A stretch of 64,000 bases of DNA from assembly GCA_052327205.1 (NCBI GenBank), contig CM126223.1, positions 37,076,001 through 37,140,000 on the forward strand. Direction: 5' to 3'. A program made the position numbers and the translations under genes. Every line of letters starts with the position of its first letter. Position 1 is the stretch's first letter. Positions 26,207 to 40,152 of the stretch are shown piece after piece. The notes below the pieces were generated by a model that had not been told where the DNA came from, did no database searches, and saw only the letters and a program-made list of their open reading frames with translations. This stretch comes from Somniosus microcephalus. Taxonomy: Eukaryota.

Positions 26207-27652
26207 TCAATTTTCAATTCAATTTTAAATTTTATTTTATTTGTCATATATGCAGCAGACGTGTGTACTGCACAATGAAATGTTGATTTTTACGAGTCCT
26301 CCCAACATTGGAATAAATATGGCATAACAATGATAAAAATACTAATAGAAATACTAATAGAAAGACAGTAATAATAAATAAAACAACAGTAATAAATAAT
26401 AATAAATTAATCGTTCATGAGTCTTATGGCCTGGGGGTAGAAGCTGTTTCGAAACCTGTTGGTACGAGACCGTATGCTTCGGTATCTCTTACCGGACGGG
26501 AGCAGGGCGAAGAGGTTGTGGCTGGGGTGACTCGCGTCTTTAATGATTCTCAGGGCCTTCTCCCGGCACCTCTCGGGGTAGATATCCTGCACAGCAGGTA
26601 GTTTAATTCCTATAGTGTGTTGTGCAGCTTTCACTACCATCTGTAGAGCCTTGCGGTCTGTGGCGGTGCAGTTGCCATACCAGGTAGTGATGTAGCCGGA
26701 CAGGATACTCTCGATGGTGCACCGGTAGAAGTTGGTGAGAATCTGGGGGGCCATTCCAAATTTCTTCAGTCTCCTGAGGAAGAACAGGCGTTGGCATGCC
26801 TTCTTGGTTACAACGTCGATGTGATGGGACCACGTTAAGTCCTCCGTAATGAATACACCCAGGAATTTGAAGCTGCTGACCCTCTCCACCTCAGCCCCTT
26901 CGATGTAGATTGGGGTGTGTCCCTCCCCCTGCCGCTTCCTGTAATCCACGATCATCTCCTTTGTTTTGCTGATGTTGAGGGAGAGGTTGTTGTACTTGTA
27001 CCATTCTGCTAGAGCTCTTACCTCCTCCCTGTAGCCTGTCTCGTCGCCATCTGTGATCAGGCCTACGACGGTAGTGTCATCAGCAAACTTGATGATGGAG
27101 TTGAAGTTGTGCATGGCCACGCAGTCGTGAGTAAACAGGGAGTACAGAAGGGGGCTGAGCACACAACCCTGGGGAGCTCCCGTGTTCAGGATCAGTGTGG
27201 AGGAGGTGTTTCTGTCTATTTTCACCACCTGGGGTCTTCCCGTCAGGAAGTCCAGGATCCAGTTGCATAGGGAGGTGTTAAGTCCTAGCTCACTGAGCTT
27301 GTTGACAAGCTTGGAGGGGTTAATGGTATTGAATGCTGAACTATAATCAATGAACAACATTCTCACATAGGTGTTCCTCTTATCCAGGTGTGATAAGGCA
27401 GTGTGCAGTACAGTGGCGGGTGGGGACTACAGACTGGTACAGTGAACGGTTGAATATATCCGTAAACACGGCAGCAAGCTGGTCAGCGCATGCTCTAAGG
27501 ACACGCCCAGGGATTCCATCTGGACCGGGTGCTTTGTGGGTGTTCACTCTCTTAAAGGTCTTGCTCACGTCAGCCACGGAGATTGAGGAGACCCGGTCGT
27601 CCTGAGCCGCGGGCGCCCTTGTAACAGGCCAGTTGTTGTTGGCCTCAAACCT
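26207..27652 (-). mobile_element. Rex1/Rex-Babar-type non-LTR retrotransposon, 5'-truncated with an internal deletion
   Basis: 319-aa ORF with [28 protein letters not shown] and [12 protein letters not shown]; (ttgaa)n tail; 8-bp TSD gactcgat at 26199-26206 and 27653-27660, inside a CR1 3'UTR. Confidence 0.88.
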
Positions 27653-28381
27653 GACTCGATGGGCCAATTGGCCTCCTTCTGTGTTGTATGATTCTATGAT
27701 TCTATGAATCAGGGATATGCCCCCCAACTCCTTATAGAATTTTTTTTTTAGGATTCCAATGGTAGATTTCTCCTGATGATCAAATGGATTCCTCACAATG
27801 GCCATACAATCACAACTGCTACAACTGTTAAATTTGAGATAGCAACAGCTTCTATTTTTGTGTCTTTGAGGCAAACGCACACATATCAATATTTCAAAGA
27901 CATGAGGTAAGTTTTGATACAATTAACGTGCGAATACGAGCAGCAATGTCATTAAGGGGACCCGACTGGGAATTATCTACATCTCTAAATAGGTTTGCCG
28001 ATTTGTCTTGGCACTGGGATGGAAAACCAAAGAACTCTTTCTCAACCACAGCTAATTTAAGTTAATTTTAAACTCACATTATTGCGTCAAAGCTAATATC
28101 AAAAATGATACACTACATAAACCTAATTGTTTGAGGCATGAGGAGCTCTATGTCCATCACAGTGACATCAACGTGACAAAAATTGCACACCTTTTCTCTT
28201 TTCCCCAAACCAATAGGAGAGTTTGATGATTTGAAGAATTACTTTGGAGCATGGATCTGATTCACAGTCAGCTCAAACAGGTGATGAGATCTCCTTCCCT
28301 TAGTTACTGTTTATGGTGTCAAGGTGACCTCAGTTCAGAATCTAACTGACAAAAGTTGCTAACACAGACCTTCGATCATTA

Positions 28382-28570
<189 letters not shown>

Positions 28571-31500
28571 TTACAAATGATAAAGTGCACAACAAAAACA
28601 AGCAAAGCATTTCGCACCTCTTCCATTATATACTGCGTACTTTATTTAAAATTAGGTTAGAACGGTAGCTTTGGAACAGGATTTGGTTTCACCAGCATCT
28701 TAAAACCAAACAGATTTAATTCTTTGCTCATAAGAATGTTGAAACAAGAAATGGGCGCCCACACACCCTGAAGGCTCAAGTTCTAATTCAACACCTCCAA
28801 AGATCACTGTGAGAAAGCCAATTTCTTTCAAGCAAGTCTGCTCCAAACTGGTCTATTTATCTGCATGCTACTATAACATGGGCGAACACTTAATGATCTT
28901 TCACCACATTTCCCTCTTGTTGCTAATGGCAGTGTGTGCTGACATGAGCAAACACAAGAAAATATCGCAATCTTGAAAAAGGCTCTGTATTTGTCTAAGC
29001 TCGCCACACACCCTCCCTGCCAATGAAGCTATTCACATGGAAACCTTGGCACATTTTCTTTTTGTGGGAATTAATATATTTTTATGGGAACACAGTTCCA
29101 TTTGAATGATGTTCCATGCATACACACTTAAGCCAAATCTAAATGCAATCTTCAAAAACTCAAATGGCTCTGTCCAACTGGGTCCTCCCTCTAATTTGAA
29201 TGAGCTTCAATTTTGGGATGGAGTTCATCTGTATTCAATGCCCTATATGATCGTTCAGCTGGAACAGCATCATCACTTTGGTCATAAATTTCTCCAGGCT
29301 CATCAAAACTAAGCTATGGCAACGCTAACTTTCTCAAGCCTGTACCTGCACAAGCTAATGGGGCAAGTCTGTAGTCTGCAGCCATATTGTGGAGACACAC
29401 CACTGTGAACGCACTCTAATCCTTTTAGAGGACGACGCATTGCAAAATTGAGTGAACATTAATCCCTTGCTCATCTGTTGTGATTTCAAGTTTGTTTCCC
29501 ATAAATTTATAATTTCCGTAAAAGAGGAAATCTTTCACTTACCACAGTGCTAATATTTTACCAATAATCAATTATAAGCTATAAAAAACAAATATCATTG
29601 TAGATCAGGTACCTCTCTTGTACTAATTGAGGAGAGAGAGGAAGGTGGCCAACCCACACACCATCTTGCTTCACCAACTATGGTGGATCAAATAACACAG
29701 CCATTAAAACTCCTTTACAGCTCCCGATATATTATGATGTCCAAAGATTATCAAGCCTTCCCATTAAGTTTGCTCTTCAGAGTTGGTTTTGGGTTCTCAT
29801 GGTAAAGATACGGTAAAACAGGCTTAAGGGATCTGTAGCCTGGTATGTGTAGTTTACAGAATACTGGTGAAATCACTTCCTGCTATAAGCAAAAACGCAA
29901 TGTGTAAGCATTATCGGAAACCAATAGCTGTAATGAGGAGTGAGAGAACCTGCGATTTATGGTGCCTTGATTTTACAATGCAGACCACACCTAACAAACC
30001 ACTTATACACATAGGGGCATGGACATTATGGCTCAGAGTTGGGACTGTATAATAGCGACTGAGTTTCAGACTTAATTAACTACACGTGGAGTGTATACAA
30101 GAGGGCAGTGAGAGGAACTGCTCCAAGAACTCTGCTAATACCACTTTTGTGCAGGACACCGAGAGGTATACAAAAGTAGATGGATGACAGCATCTCCCTG
30201 AGATTTACCTACTTCCTCTTTGGGGATACACCAGCCTCCACGCAGTGCTTTCCCACAGAAGGACGATAGAGTTCAGCCACTTGGAAAACATGTCTTGGGT
30301 ATAAGAAATACTATCACAGATAAAATGCACAGGATTCATCCAGAACCATCATGTCACTTACTGTTCAAAATGGATCACTTTCTCATAAATACACTGTTCA
30401 AAAACCTCCATATCCTCTTGGATTTTTAGGGCAGAAATCCCCAAAAAAATTTCATCATCAGTGAGGCTACCTACCAATCAGGTCTGATAGTTTAGCAATG
30501 AATCTGAGCCACATGAACAGAAGCAAGTTCTGCCAGCACTTTGGCGATAGATCTTAGTCCACATGGTTCACATGGCAAACTGTACATTTCGACTATTTGG
30601 AATCTTCCCTCAGATAATCGACGCGCTGGACTTTATATTTAATTTAGGGGCCCAACAAATATCGCAGTGCAAGACGACTAGGAATTTTGAACCCTGATCA
30701 TGTCAGGTGTGCTTTCAGCTTGGAGGCATTTACTCTGGTTCAATGAACACCATTGGTTTTAAATCATTAATCCCAGGCCCAACCGCCTTCCAGAACAAGG
30801 CCCAGTTTGTGGAGGTTATGTATGCTGCAGATAAATCCAGCGCAATGGAAAGCAGCAATAGCAGCAAAGAAAATGTATGGCTGTTACTGAATATTGGCAT
30901 GGAGCATTAAGCTTAGAAGTAGTAACTGAAATAAGTCAAATATTTTGACTGCACTAAAATAAAAAAACTTCTTGACTACAGCCAGTGAGGGAATCTTACA
31001 CTACCTTACATAGAGTTTGCTGAGGGATAGAGCCACTTAAAGTGTGGAATACATAGCTTCTATTGACCAACATCTAAAGTTATGCTAAATGACACTAACT
31101 GAGCACTATATATTGGATAAGTAACTTTTGAATTGGCTTTACTGAAAATAACCCTCAGTAAAACTGAACTGGATATTCTCTTAACTTTTAACAGGTGTCA
31201 TTTCAAGAAGATGGGGTTCAATAAAACCCAACTCAATATTGTTTTCCCGCTGAATGGTTTTGTTCTGACCAGATACAGTATTCCCTTTTGATCCTATTTC
31301 TGAATGCAAAACGCAAGCCTTCAGCTGATTAAAGCACCATGACCTCACAAATCACCTTTGGCATTTTGTGATTGCGACAGTTTGTTTTTACTCCTTCAAT
31401 GAATTTCATTTCTTTTGTCAAAATAACTTTCAGAAAACTAAAAATCAATTAAGGCCACTACCGTTTTTTTTTAAAAATGCCTCAAGCCATGCTAAGGAAT

Positions 31501-34061
31501 CCATACTGATCTGCGACTGCTAAGTGTTGGTCAGTGTTTGCAGATGAATGTCACATTCTACACTGTGAATCTTCCCATCTTAAGAAGGGATACTTCAAGG
31601 ATTCACTTGACTACAGGCAAAAGGTAAACTTCTGTAACTATTGCTTTGATATTTCTGACTGTCCCAGTAGACATAGGTGTTTAGCACTTCAAAAATTGGA
31701 ATTTTGTTAAAGAAAAAGCACTAGATATAAAAATAAATCGTAAATATTCATGTATTTGGAGAATTTCCAATGGATAATAGGCCTGTACAGAAAATTCCAG
31801 CAAGGTGATCTCTGCTCACCTGGAGACTTGGAAATGTGCATGCCTGTGGGGGAAGGACATCTCACCTCTCCAGAGTTCCATTTCAGGAGTTAAAAATGCG
31901 TGCATTCCACAGAGTTAAGATACCTAAGGTTAGGGGAGTCACCTGTACAGTGAAAAATATTTTAAGTGGTTGAATGCACAAAGGCAGAAAGGTTCTAGAT
32001 TCTGTCAAGTGTTGCTATCTATTTTGTTCTATGAGTGGAACAGTCACCGACAGAAGTGGAAGTGGGGTCTCCGTTTGAAAGCACTGGCTTGTAAACTTTC
32101 TGCACAGCCATTCATCCTCACGCACTGATAACATGCTTTATTTTGTTACTACTTTTAAGCTCTGCAGCAGACAGCAACTTATCGGAGTGTGTGCGTTGCA
32201 TGGAAGCACACCAATGACCAAGCAAAGCTTTAGATGCAAGAGATTTGAAAATGAAGTGGGAAAGCAGCTCTGCTGTGTGAATATCAATGATCGCAGCACA
32301 GTCAAAGAGCAGCTCACAGCGATGATTAAAAACCCTTGAAGCACTGTTGGTTAAGTGTGATCTCAGGCTGACTGGATCCCCATTTGTGTAAATAGGTTTG
32401 CTATCATGTCTATACTGAATGAAAGAGACCATACTCCCCCATACCCCTTTTGATAGCTGAGGTAGGCTACAATTCAAAGTGCCACTTTCATTTTTGTTCA
32501 ACAGCTGTCATGTCATTATCAGCAACTTATGGACATAATAATCCTCCCTGCATGCTCACTATGTTCAAATCGAGCCTCACCACACTATCCTCCTACCCTG
32601 ACCTATTCATTCCCATTCTCTTGGATAGACATCAACTTTTAAAACCCAACCTTGATGTCCCCTAACCACTGTTTACATCTAAAATTAAGTTCTGATGACA
32701 CATACACGCCCAAAACATTAACCTGCTTTTCCTCTTTACAGATAGCCACTGACCTACTATGTATTTACAGCAATTTCTGTTCTTATTTGCATCTTTTCGT
32801 CTACTCCTTGAACTGTGGTTTACCTCGGCTTCTCAATCCAAAAAGAAAACGCCCAGTCTTGCTACAAGCAGCAGAATAAAGAGCACTAGTTCTGTCAAAA
32901 CTTTAAGTGGGCCTCCAAAATACTGCACTTCAGCATTCAAATTAAATATAGCATCAAATCCAAGTGTGTTAATAAGGAATACCTGTTGCTTTACAGAAGC
33001 TCCACAGGCCTCATTCAAAGCTATCAGACATCAGTTGTGCTCAACAAAACATTTAAAATACTTCAACGATCACAAAGTTTAATTGTGTTTCTTTAAAAAG
33101 TTCATACTCGGTGCCAGAAGCTGTGTAGGAATGCAAGTAAAAATGGTAGTTTGATTGCATTCAGTCCCTAAAACTATATTTAATAGATTGTAGCCTTTAC
33201 ATTTCTGACTGTTGTGATTAGTTCAAGGGAATTTTCGTGCGCCTTTGATATCCAGGCTGTTTAAATCATCAGAAAGGATACGGTTTCTTAAGGCAAGACT
33301 CTGGTGTGAATTAAAATGCACAATGCTCTGAGTGATGAGCAGCAGGTGGTGCACTGAAGTCGAATTGGAAACCATCTCCTCCTGTGCCTGCTCTCAACTT
33401 GAATTGGCTCTGGTGCAAATGGACAATCCAAAGTCAAGCTGGTTTTATTATTCCATTGTTCCGTCCTTTAGCTGCCAATGAATTCACCATTTCTTTTTGA
33501 CAGGAGAGTAATTATCTTGATATATTAATTATCATGATGTCCCATTATGTTTATTCCTGAAAGTATGCATTCCTTGCAGTGAAGTCCGTGCTGTTAGCAG
33601 ATAATCACAAGCCGTTGTTTATACTTTTTGCTGCAAGGGAGGCAAGGCATGAACCTCACCTACTTGAGAACTTATTCATTCCAGATCCATTTTATTTGCA
33701 ATGATTTAAGCATTCTTTGCGACTTCACTCAGGACAGCAAAATAGTGCTTGAAAATATGTTGCAACAGTGGGCCTGACAAATGAGAATGGTCTTGGCAAA
33801 AATAAATTTTAAATGTTAACTATTGACCTTTAACCTGTGCAGGATGAAGGACACACCTGGCATCTATTCTGGATCACACCTTCTGGTCTCTTGATCCTTT
33901 TTGCCCAGTTCATGTTTGTTCACTTTCAGGAATGATGGTCAGCATCCTTTGAGGGCTTTTAAGGGTAACAAGCCACCCAGATTAATAGGCTTTAGCAGCT
34001 CTGGCCAAAATCCAATCACCAGAAATAACTATTTAATAATATACGTGCATACGTGTCAGAT

Positions 34062-35193
34062 CATACTGCACAAGGTAAGAGCGCACGGGGTTGGGGGTAA
34101 TATATTGGCATGGATAGGGGATTAGCTAACTAACAGAAAACAGAGAGTCGGGATAAATGGGTCATTTTCCGGTTGGCAACCAGTAACTAGTGGGGTGCCA
34201 CGGGGATCAGTGCTGGGGCCTCAACTATTTACAATCTATATTAATGACTTGGATGAAGGGACCGAGTGTACTGTAGCCAAATTTGCTAATGATACCAAGA
34301 TAGGTGGGTTAGCATGTTGTGAGGAGGACACAAAAGAATCTGCAAAGGGATATAGATAGGTTAAGTGAGTGGGCAAACATTTGGCAGATGGAGTATAATG
34401 TGGGAAAATGTGAGGTTATCCACTTTGGAAGGAAGAATGAAAAAGCAAATTATTATTTAAATGGAGTGAGACTACAAAATGCTGCGGTACAGAGGGATCT
34501 GGGGGTCCGAGTACATGAAACACAAAAAGTTAGCATGCAGGTACAGCAAGTAATTAGGAAGGTTAATGGAATGTTGGCCTTTATTGCAAGGGGTATGGAG
34601 TATAAAAGTAGGGAAGTTTTGATGCAACTTTACAGGGCGCTGGTGAGACCGCACCTGGAGTACTGCGTACAGTTGTGGTCTCCGTATTTAAGGAAGGATA
34701 TACTTGCATTGGAGACAGTGCAGAGAAGGTTCACTAGGTTGATTCCTGGGATGAAGGGGTTGATGTATGATGAAAGGTTGAGCAGGTTGGGCCTATATTC
34801 ATTGGAGTTTAGAAGAATGAGAGGGGATCTTATTGAAACATATAAGATTCTGAGGGGGATTGACAGGGTGGATACTGAGAGGATGTTTCCCCTTGTGGGG
34901 GAATCTAGAACTAGGGGGCATAGTTTCAGAATAAGGGGTCTCCCATTTAAGACGGAGATGAGAAGGAATTTCTTCTCTCAGAAGGTCGTGAATCTTTGGA
35001 ATTCTCTACCCCAGAGAGCTGTGGAGGTAGAGTCACTGAATATATTCGAGGAGGAGACTGACAGACATTTGAACTACAAGGGAGTCAAGGGGTATGGGGA
35101 GAGGGCGGGAAAGTGGTGTTGAGGACAAGATTGGATCAGCCACGATCTTATTGAATGGCGCAGCAGGCTCGAGGCTCCTGTTTCTTATGTTCT
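34062..35193 (+). mobile_element. CR1 LINE 3' fragment
   Basis: ORF 34319-35122 with WQMEYNVGKCEVIHFG and VRPHLEYCVQ; CR1 3'UTR. Confidence 0.95.
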
Positions 35194-35982
35194 TATCATG
35201 TGTGCTTTTCGTCCCCAATGCCTTCTCTGCCTCTTCTGAAGCCATTGCCAGGTGCCAAGGCCCAGTTCCACAGGTGTTATCAGCCTTCCAGTCCTTCACT
35301 CAACTGGCTATTCCTCTTGTATGAGCCTCGAGTGAGTGTTGGCAGGTAATTCAACCCTGGAAGTCAATGCAGTGGAGCCCAATCTTTTTCTCTAATAACA
35401 GCCACATACATATTATTTCCAGCAGAATCCATTGAACAGCAACCAGCAGCAAGAAGCTTACCTGATTTTCCTCCTCTTAGCCCAATGACTAGATCTTAGA
35501 GATCCAACTGCCAATTCACCAGGGACTGAGGATGAAACCTGGGATCTTCCTGGCCTGTGTGGCTCAGCACTACATCAGGTGGTGCATTTATCCACTAAGG
35601 CACAAGGGAACCTCAGCCTTTTGGTAGCATCAAAGTTTGGTTTCCTCCAAATCAAACATGCACTTACTGAGATCAATGTGCATAGAAAATGTTGGCCTTA
35701 TTTGCCGGTCCAATTACTGTCATCCTGAAAGACTACAGAATTCAAATGTGGCAACTTTTAATTGGGCCATTAAGTGGCTTCCAATAGTGTTTTGTTGGTT
35801 TTCTTTCCCTTTCAGTTTTTTGGTCACTTACTGATCTTCAAAAATGAATTGCAAACATTTTGGGCAAACCATATATTTTTCCCTTCCATTCTGTATCCAG
35901 TGCTCCATTAGAAAAGATACTTTCTGTTGACCCTGACCTAAAACAGCTCCAGCTTGACTCTGCTTTTCTCATTTCACTATTA

Positions 35983-36284
35983 CAGGAAACTCTCGATTTA
36001 CCGGCACCTAAATAACCGGAAATCTCTGTTAACCGGCAAAATTCAGGAGTAGGTTCAGGTAAGTTTTACTTCATATTAGTGGCAGTTCCTGGATCTGTGG
36101 CTGTGTAACTGGGGTTCCTGCACGACGCTTGGTCTGTGGCCGGAGTTCCTGCACATGTTGCTAAGCAACAGGGAAGCCTGGATTTGTTGCTGTGTACGGA
36201 GCTCTTGTACCTTTTAACTATACCTCTCTGTAATCCGGACTTTTTGATAAACCGGCACCACGCCGGATAATAAAGAGTTTCCTG
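35983..36284. mobile_element. Tc1/pogo-like MITE, copy 3 (unexpanded)
   Basis: TA|caggaaactctc...agagtttcctg|TA; the interior is homologous to 23452-24105. Confidence 0.85.
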
Positions 36285-37530
36285 TAATTAAGTTCAGGCA
36301 GTGTCTGGGGCTGATAACATGGCCCTGGCATTGAAGGAGCAGAAGCGTTGCTGTTTAGATGCTGCAGACGCCTGTAGCTCTAGACGAGGTCAGCTGCTTT
36401 GGTGCACATCTTCGGTCGCCAGCAGCTTTTAAAGAGTTGCTGGTGCCTTAAAGCCGTCATGATACTCAAGGGCAGAAAGCAAGACCAAGGTGACAGACTG
36501 CAACCATCAAGGATGCAGCGTTGCAGGAGGTGCTGGAGAGAATGGTGGTCCGTTTTGAGGAAGCTGAGGCTGATGCTGTAATCAACCGACGTCAAGGCAT
36601 ATGAATTTCCAGCAGAGGCTGTTGGCTGGAGGTCGGAGCAGGAACCTTCCCTAATCCAGGACTACTGAGGCCAACTGCAGTGCATCTACAGCCACTCTGC
36701 TGAGATTAGGTAACTTAGCACAGGCCAGGGGGCAAACCTGGGACCTTCCTGCTCTGTGCAGCTGAGAGGCAAAATAGAAGCAGAGTTTCTAAACATTTCT
36801 TTACTGAAAATCTTTTAAGCATTTATATTAGTGAAAGAAGACTAATATCGGTGATATCTAATAGCATTGCTGCAGTATATGGGTTTGTTTCACTGTGCGT
36901 AGGCTGAATTCTTGAACCGGTTGATCGGAGGAGCACAGAATCCCTGGATTAGCTGGTATTACAAGGGTTAAACATAAATAGTATATAAAGAATCCTGGAG
37001 TCTACCTCAAGTGTTTATTTGACTTTTGGCAAGTTAAATTTGTCTGAGTCACTTGAGACCCGAGAAAGACATAAAAGGAAACTTCGGTGACAGAGGAAAT
37101 AAAAGCCAGACTGCGGAGTCTGTGGCTTTACACAATATAATGATTCACCATTCAGTGACAACATTGGAAATCAGAGGGGAAAGTGATCGCCAGTTTCTGC
37201 AAGGGGTTGCATCTCTGAAAGCCTTGATTAACACAAGTCTGATGGTTTTATTGGCGAAAGAGGTCTGAAAAGTGGCTATAAATAGAAATGGTTTAAAAAC
37301 AGGATTGAAAGGCGTCCTACATTCTGCACACAATGAGTTCTGGGTCTTAGCTCGGTCAGATCTGAGTGAGACGCTTTTCTATAAAAAGGGAGGGGAAAAA
37401 GCAAAACTAAATTTAACCAGACAACAATCCCCTCTCATCCACGCCTCCCCTGCCCCACGCCCGCCGCAGCAGCCACTCTCTCTCTCCCGCCTCCTCTTGG
37501 CCTAGTACAGAGAGAGACACTGTCAGGTAC

Positions 37531-37587
37531 CTGGGAGCAAGTCTCCTCGCCACGGTCTCAGACAGGCTATGCCGTGTGACATTAGGC
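37531..37587 (-). other. AUTS2: Candidate 57-nt stop-containing (poison) cassette exon of AUTS2
   Basis: cttaactctatttttaactctcag|GCC TAA ... gctcccag|gtacct. The second codon is a stop in the phase-0 frame set by exon 10. It lies in a stretch where I recognise no transposon. Confidence 0.6.
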
Positions 37588-38097
37588 CTGAGAGTTAAAA
37601 ATAGAGTTAAGCAGTAATTTCTGCACAGGTTTCTCCAAGCACACTGAAACTGAATGTTCTGTATAAAGTTTTTCCCTTAACAGCCTGTCAATTCAACTCC
37701 AAATGCAATAAATGCTAAAAGGCCAAAAAGACTTTAGGGACAAGAACAGTATAACAAGTATTTTGCCTCACCAGAAAGAAGTGTTTTGTTAACCAGGCTA
37801 GTCTCAGTGTCCGTGGCTGGCATGACTTCATTCTGCAGCTTAAATGGGAATAGTGCGTTTATGCCAAATTCAATCTAACTTTGACACATTTGCGCTACAC
37901 TGGAAGTATTGCATGCACGAGGGCCGCCAATACAAAACAACAGCCTGCTAACAACCCGATTTTCTTTTATATGTTGGGGTGTTGAGGCACGAACCATGAA
38001 GCTCAAGTTATCACACTAAAGCTTGAACTAACACAGTGCTTCAAGGGTTGTCTATGGCTGGAGCTATGAAGTTTGGTGTAATGGTGAGTTCACTCAC

Positions 38098-38142
38098 ACT
38101 GTGTCGGTAGAAGGGATCAACTTTTGTTGGGTATTTGTCAAA
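38098..38142 (-). CDS. AUTS2: AUTS2 coding exon (exon 10 equivalent)
   Basis: ctttgcag|...|gtgagt; 45 nt, phase 0/0; FDKYPTKVDPFYRHS. Confidence 0.97.
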
Positions 38143-39737
38143 CTGCAAAGGAATCAAAGCACGTAAAACAGGTTATGGTCTGTTAACACAGATTCATTCT
38201 TGTTGCCATGGCAACGCAAGTTCTGCTGTTCAAAAACAATCTGTCACACCGAACTGGAGCCACAAGTGTCAGATATTACAATCCACGCGTGATAAAATAA
38301 ATCAAGCTCCTAGACAACATTCGGTCTTGTCTTATATATTTTAACACAGATCCATAGTCTGTGCTGTGCAAATGTTTTGTATTTCATGAGCTCTTAGATC
38401 GACATTCTGTTAAAAATATAAAAGACAAAATACATTCACGGGTATCACTGATATGTAGGCCGGGTTCTCTGCTTCTGTGCTCGCCAGTGTACAACTTTTT
38501 GTCTATTCACTTTAATGGGCAGAAAATCGCAGGCTGCCCAGTGCAAAAGTAGAAATTCAAGGCCATAGAATTTATTTTTTGGGGAGAAAGGGAGGCTTTT
38601 TTTCCTATTTCACTTCATGGTCTCCTCATCACAATCTGACCAAGTAGGTAAACTTCTTCCACGCCTCCACCAGTCCCACTCCTGGTCTGGCTTCCAGAGG
38701 TTTTTTTCTTTAAGATGATGTGCCCGCGTCATTTTCTCTCCCTTAAGGACGGTGCCAGGCCTCCTGTCACCGCCTCTCTCCTCCTCAACAGCAAGCCAGA
38801 GAAGAAGCAACAGCTCACTGCATGGAAAATCATGGGGTGCAAACCCAGGTCCTACTCCATGGGCAGTATGAAGCTTCACTATTCCATGCACAGTTTGTTT
38901 TTAACAGAATATTGCTCTTGTACGTGACAGAAATACATTCAAGAGTTGGATGATGCTCAGAACCCCACCCCATGAATTTGTAGATTATAAAATGATGGTG
39001 TAAAAATTCAGTAACAACATTCAGACCAACTTATTTTCATCTTCAAAGCATCATGAGGAAGAGCAGCCTGGCTCTTTCAAAGCCAAGGGGAGTGTCCTGT
39101 AATCCAAGGGGTTAACACGGTAATGCGACGTAAAGATATCAGACCAGACAGGAATTTGACTTCCACATAAATGTATAGCATTTCAAAACTGAAACGGTTT
39201 TCTTAAAAAGAGACTGCATTCCTTTTCTTCCTCTGTCTCAATTTAACTGTTGCTTATCTTTTCAATGAGTTCTGTGTAGGTTGTTTTAAAAAATGGGTTT
39301 AAAACAGTGATGCACAATTTGTTACAGTGCTACAAATAACTAGTGTCCAATATAACCTGCACATTTTAGTGGATTATCTGTTTACATTTCTTCAGCCTCA
39401 CAATAAATAGGTCAAGTTTCAGACTCTCAGCTTTTGCCCTTTTAGACCAATAGAAAGAGTCTTTAAAACTGTAATAAATACAAATGTTCTAAACCATGGA
39501 GGAAAAGATGAACAAAGTATATAATGGCAAGTAAACTATTTGGACGAAGTCTCTGCAAGAGGCACCCATATTGCTATTCTTGTATTTGTAAAACCACCAA
39601 TAACTAGCAGCTATAAGCATAATTAAAAACAGGCTAAATAAATGTTTTTAATTAATTGGACATGACCCTATTTACAGTGACGTCTCTAAACCAAATACAT
39701 TACTGAAATGTTGCATAGATCTTATTTTTATTTTAGG

Positions 39738-40152
39738 AACGAACGCATTTGCATTTATATAGCATCTTATCACATCTGCAGGATGTCTCAAAGCGCCTCA
39801 TACCCAATTAATTACTACTGATGTGCAGTCACTGCTGTTTTTTGGCACAAAGCAAGGTCTGGCAAACAGCAATGAGGTAAAGTGGCCAGTGAATCTGTTA
39901 TAGATGGTGTTGGCTGACAGCAGAATGCTGGCCAGGACACCGGGAGAACTCTCTTCCACAGGATCTTTTACATCTACCTGAATCAGCAGATGAAGCCTCA
40001 GGTTAATTCACTATTCGAAAGATGGCACCTCCAACAATGCAGCATTCCCTCTATACTGCAGCTTAAGTTATGTGCTCAATCCTGGAGTGCGGCTTGAAAC
40101 CACAACTTTCTGACTCCGGAGTGAAAGTGCTATCAAGTGAGCCAAGCTGACA
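39738..40152 (-). mobile_element. DeuSINE (SacSINE1-like), older copy
   Basis: Homologous to 7079-7496, with an L2-like tail gcatttatatagc. Confidence 0.75.
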
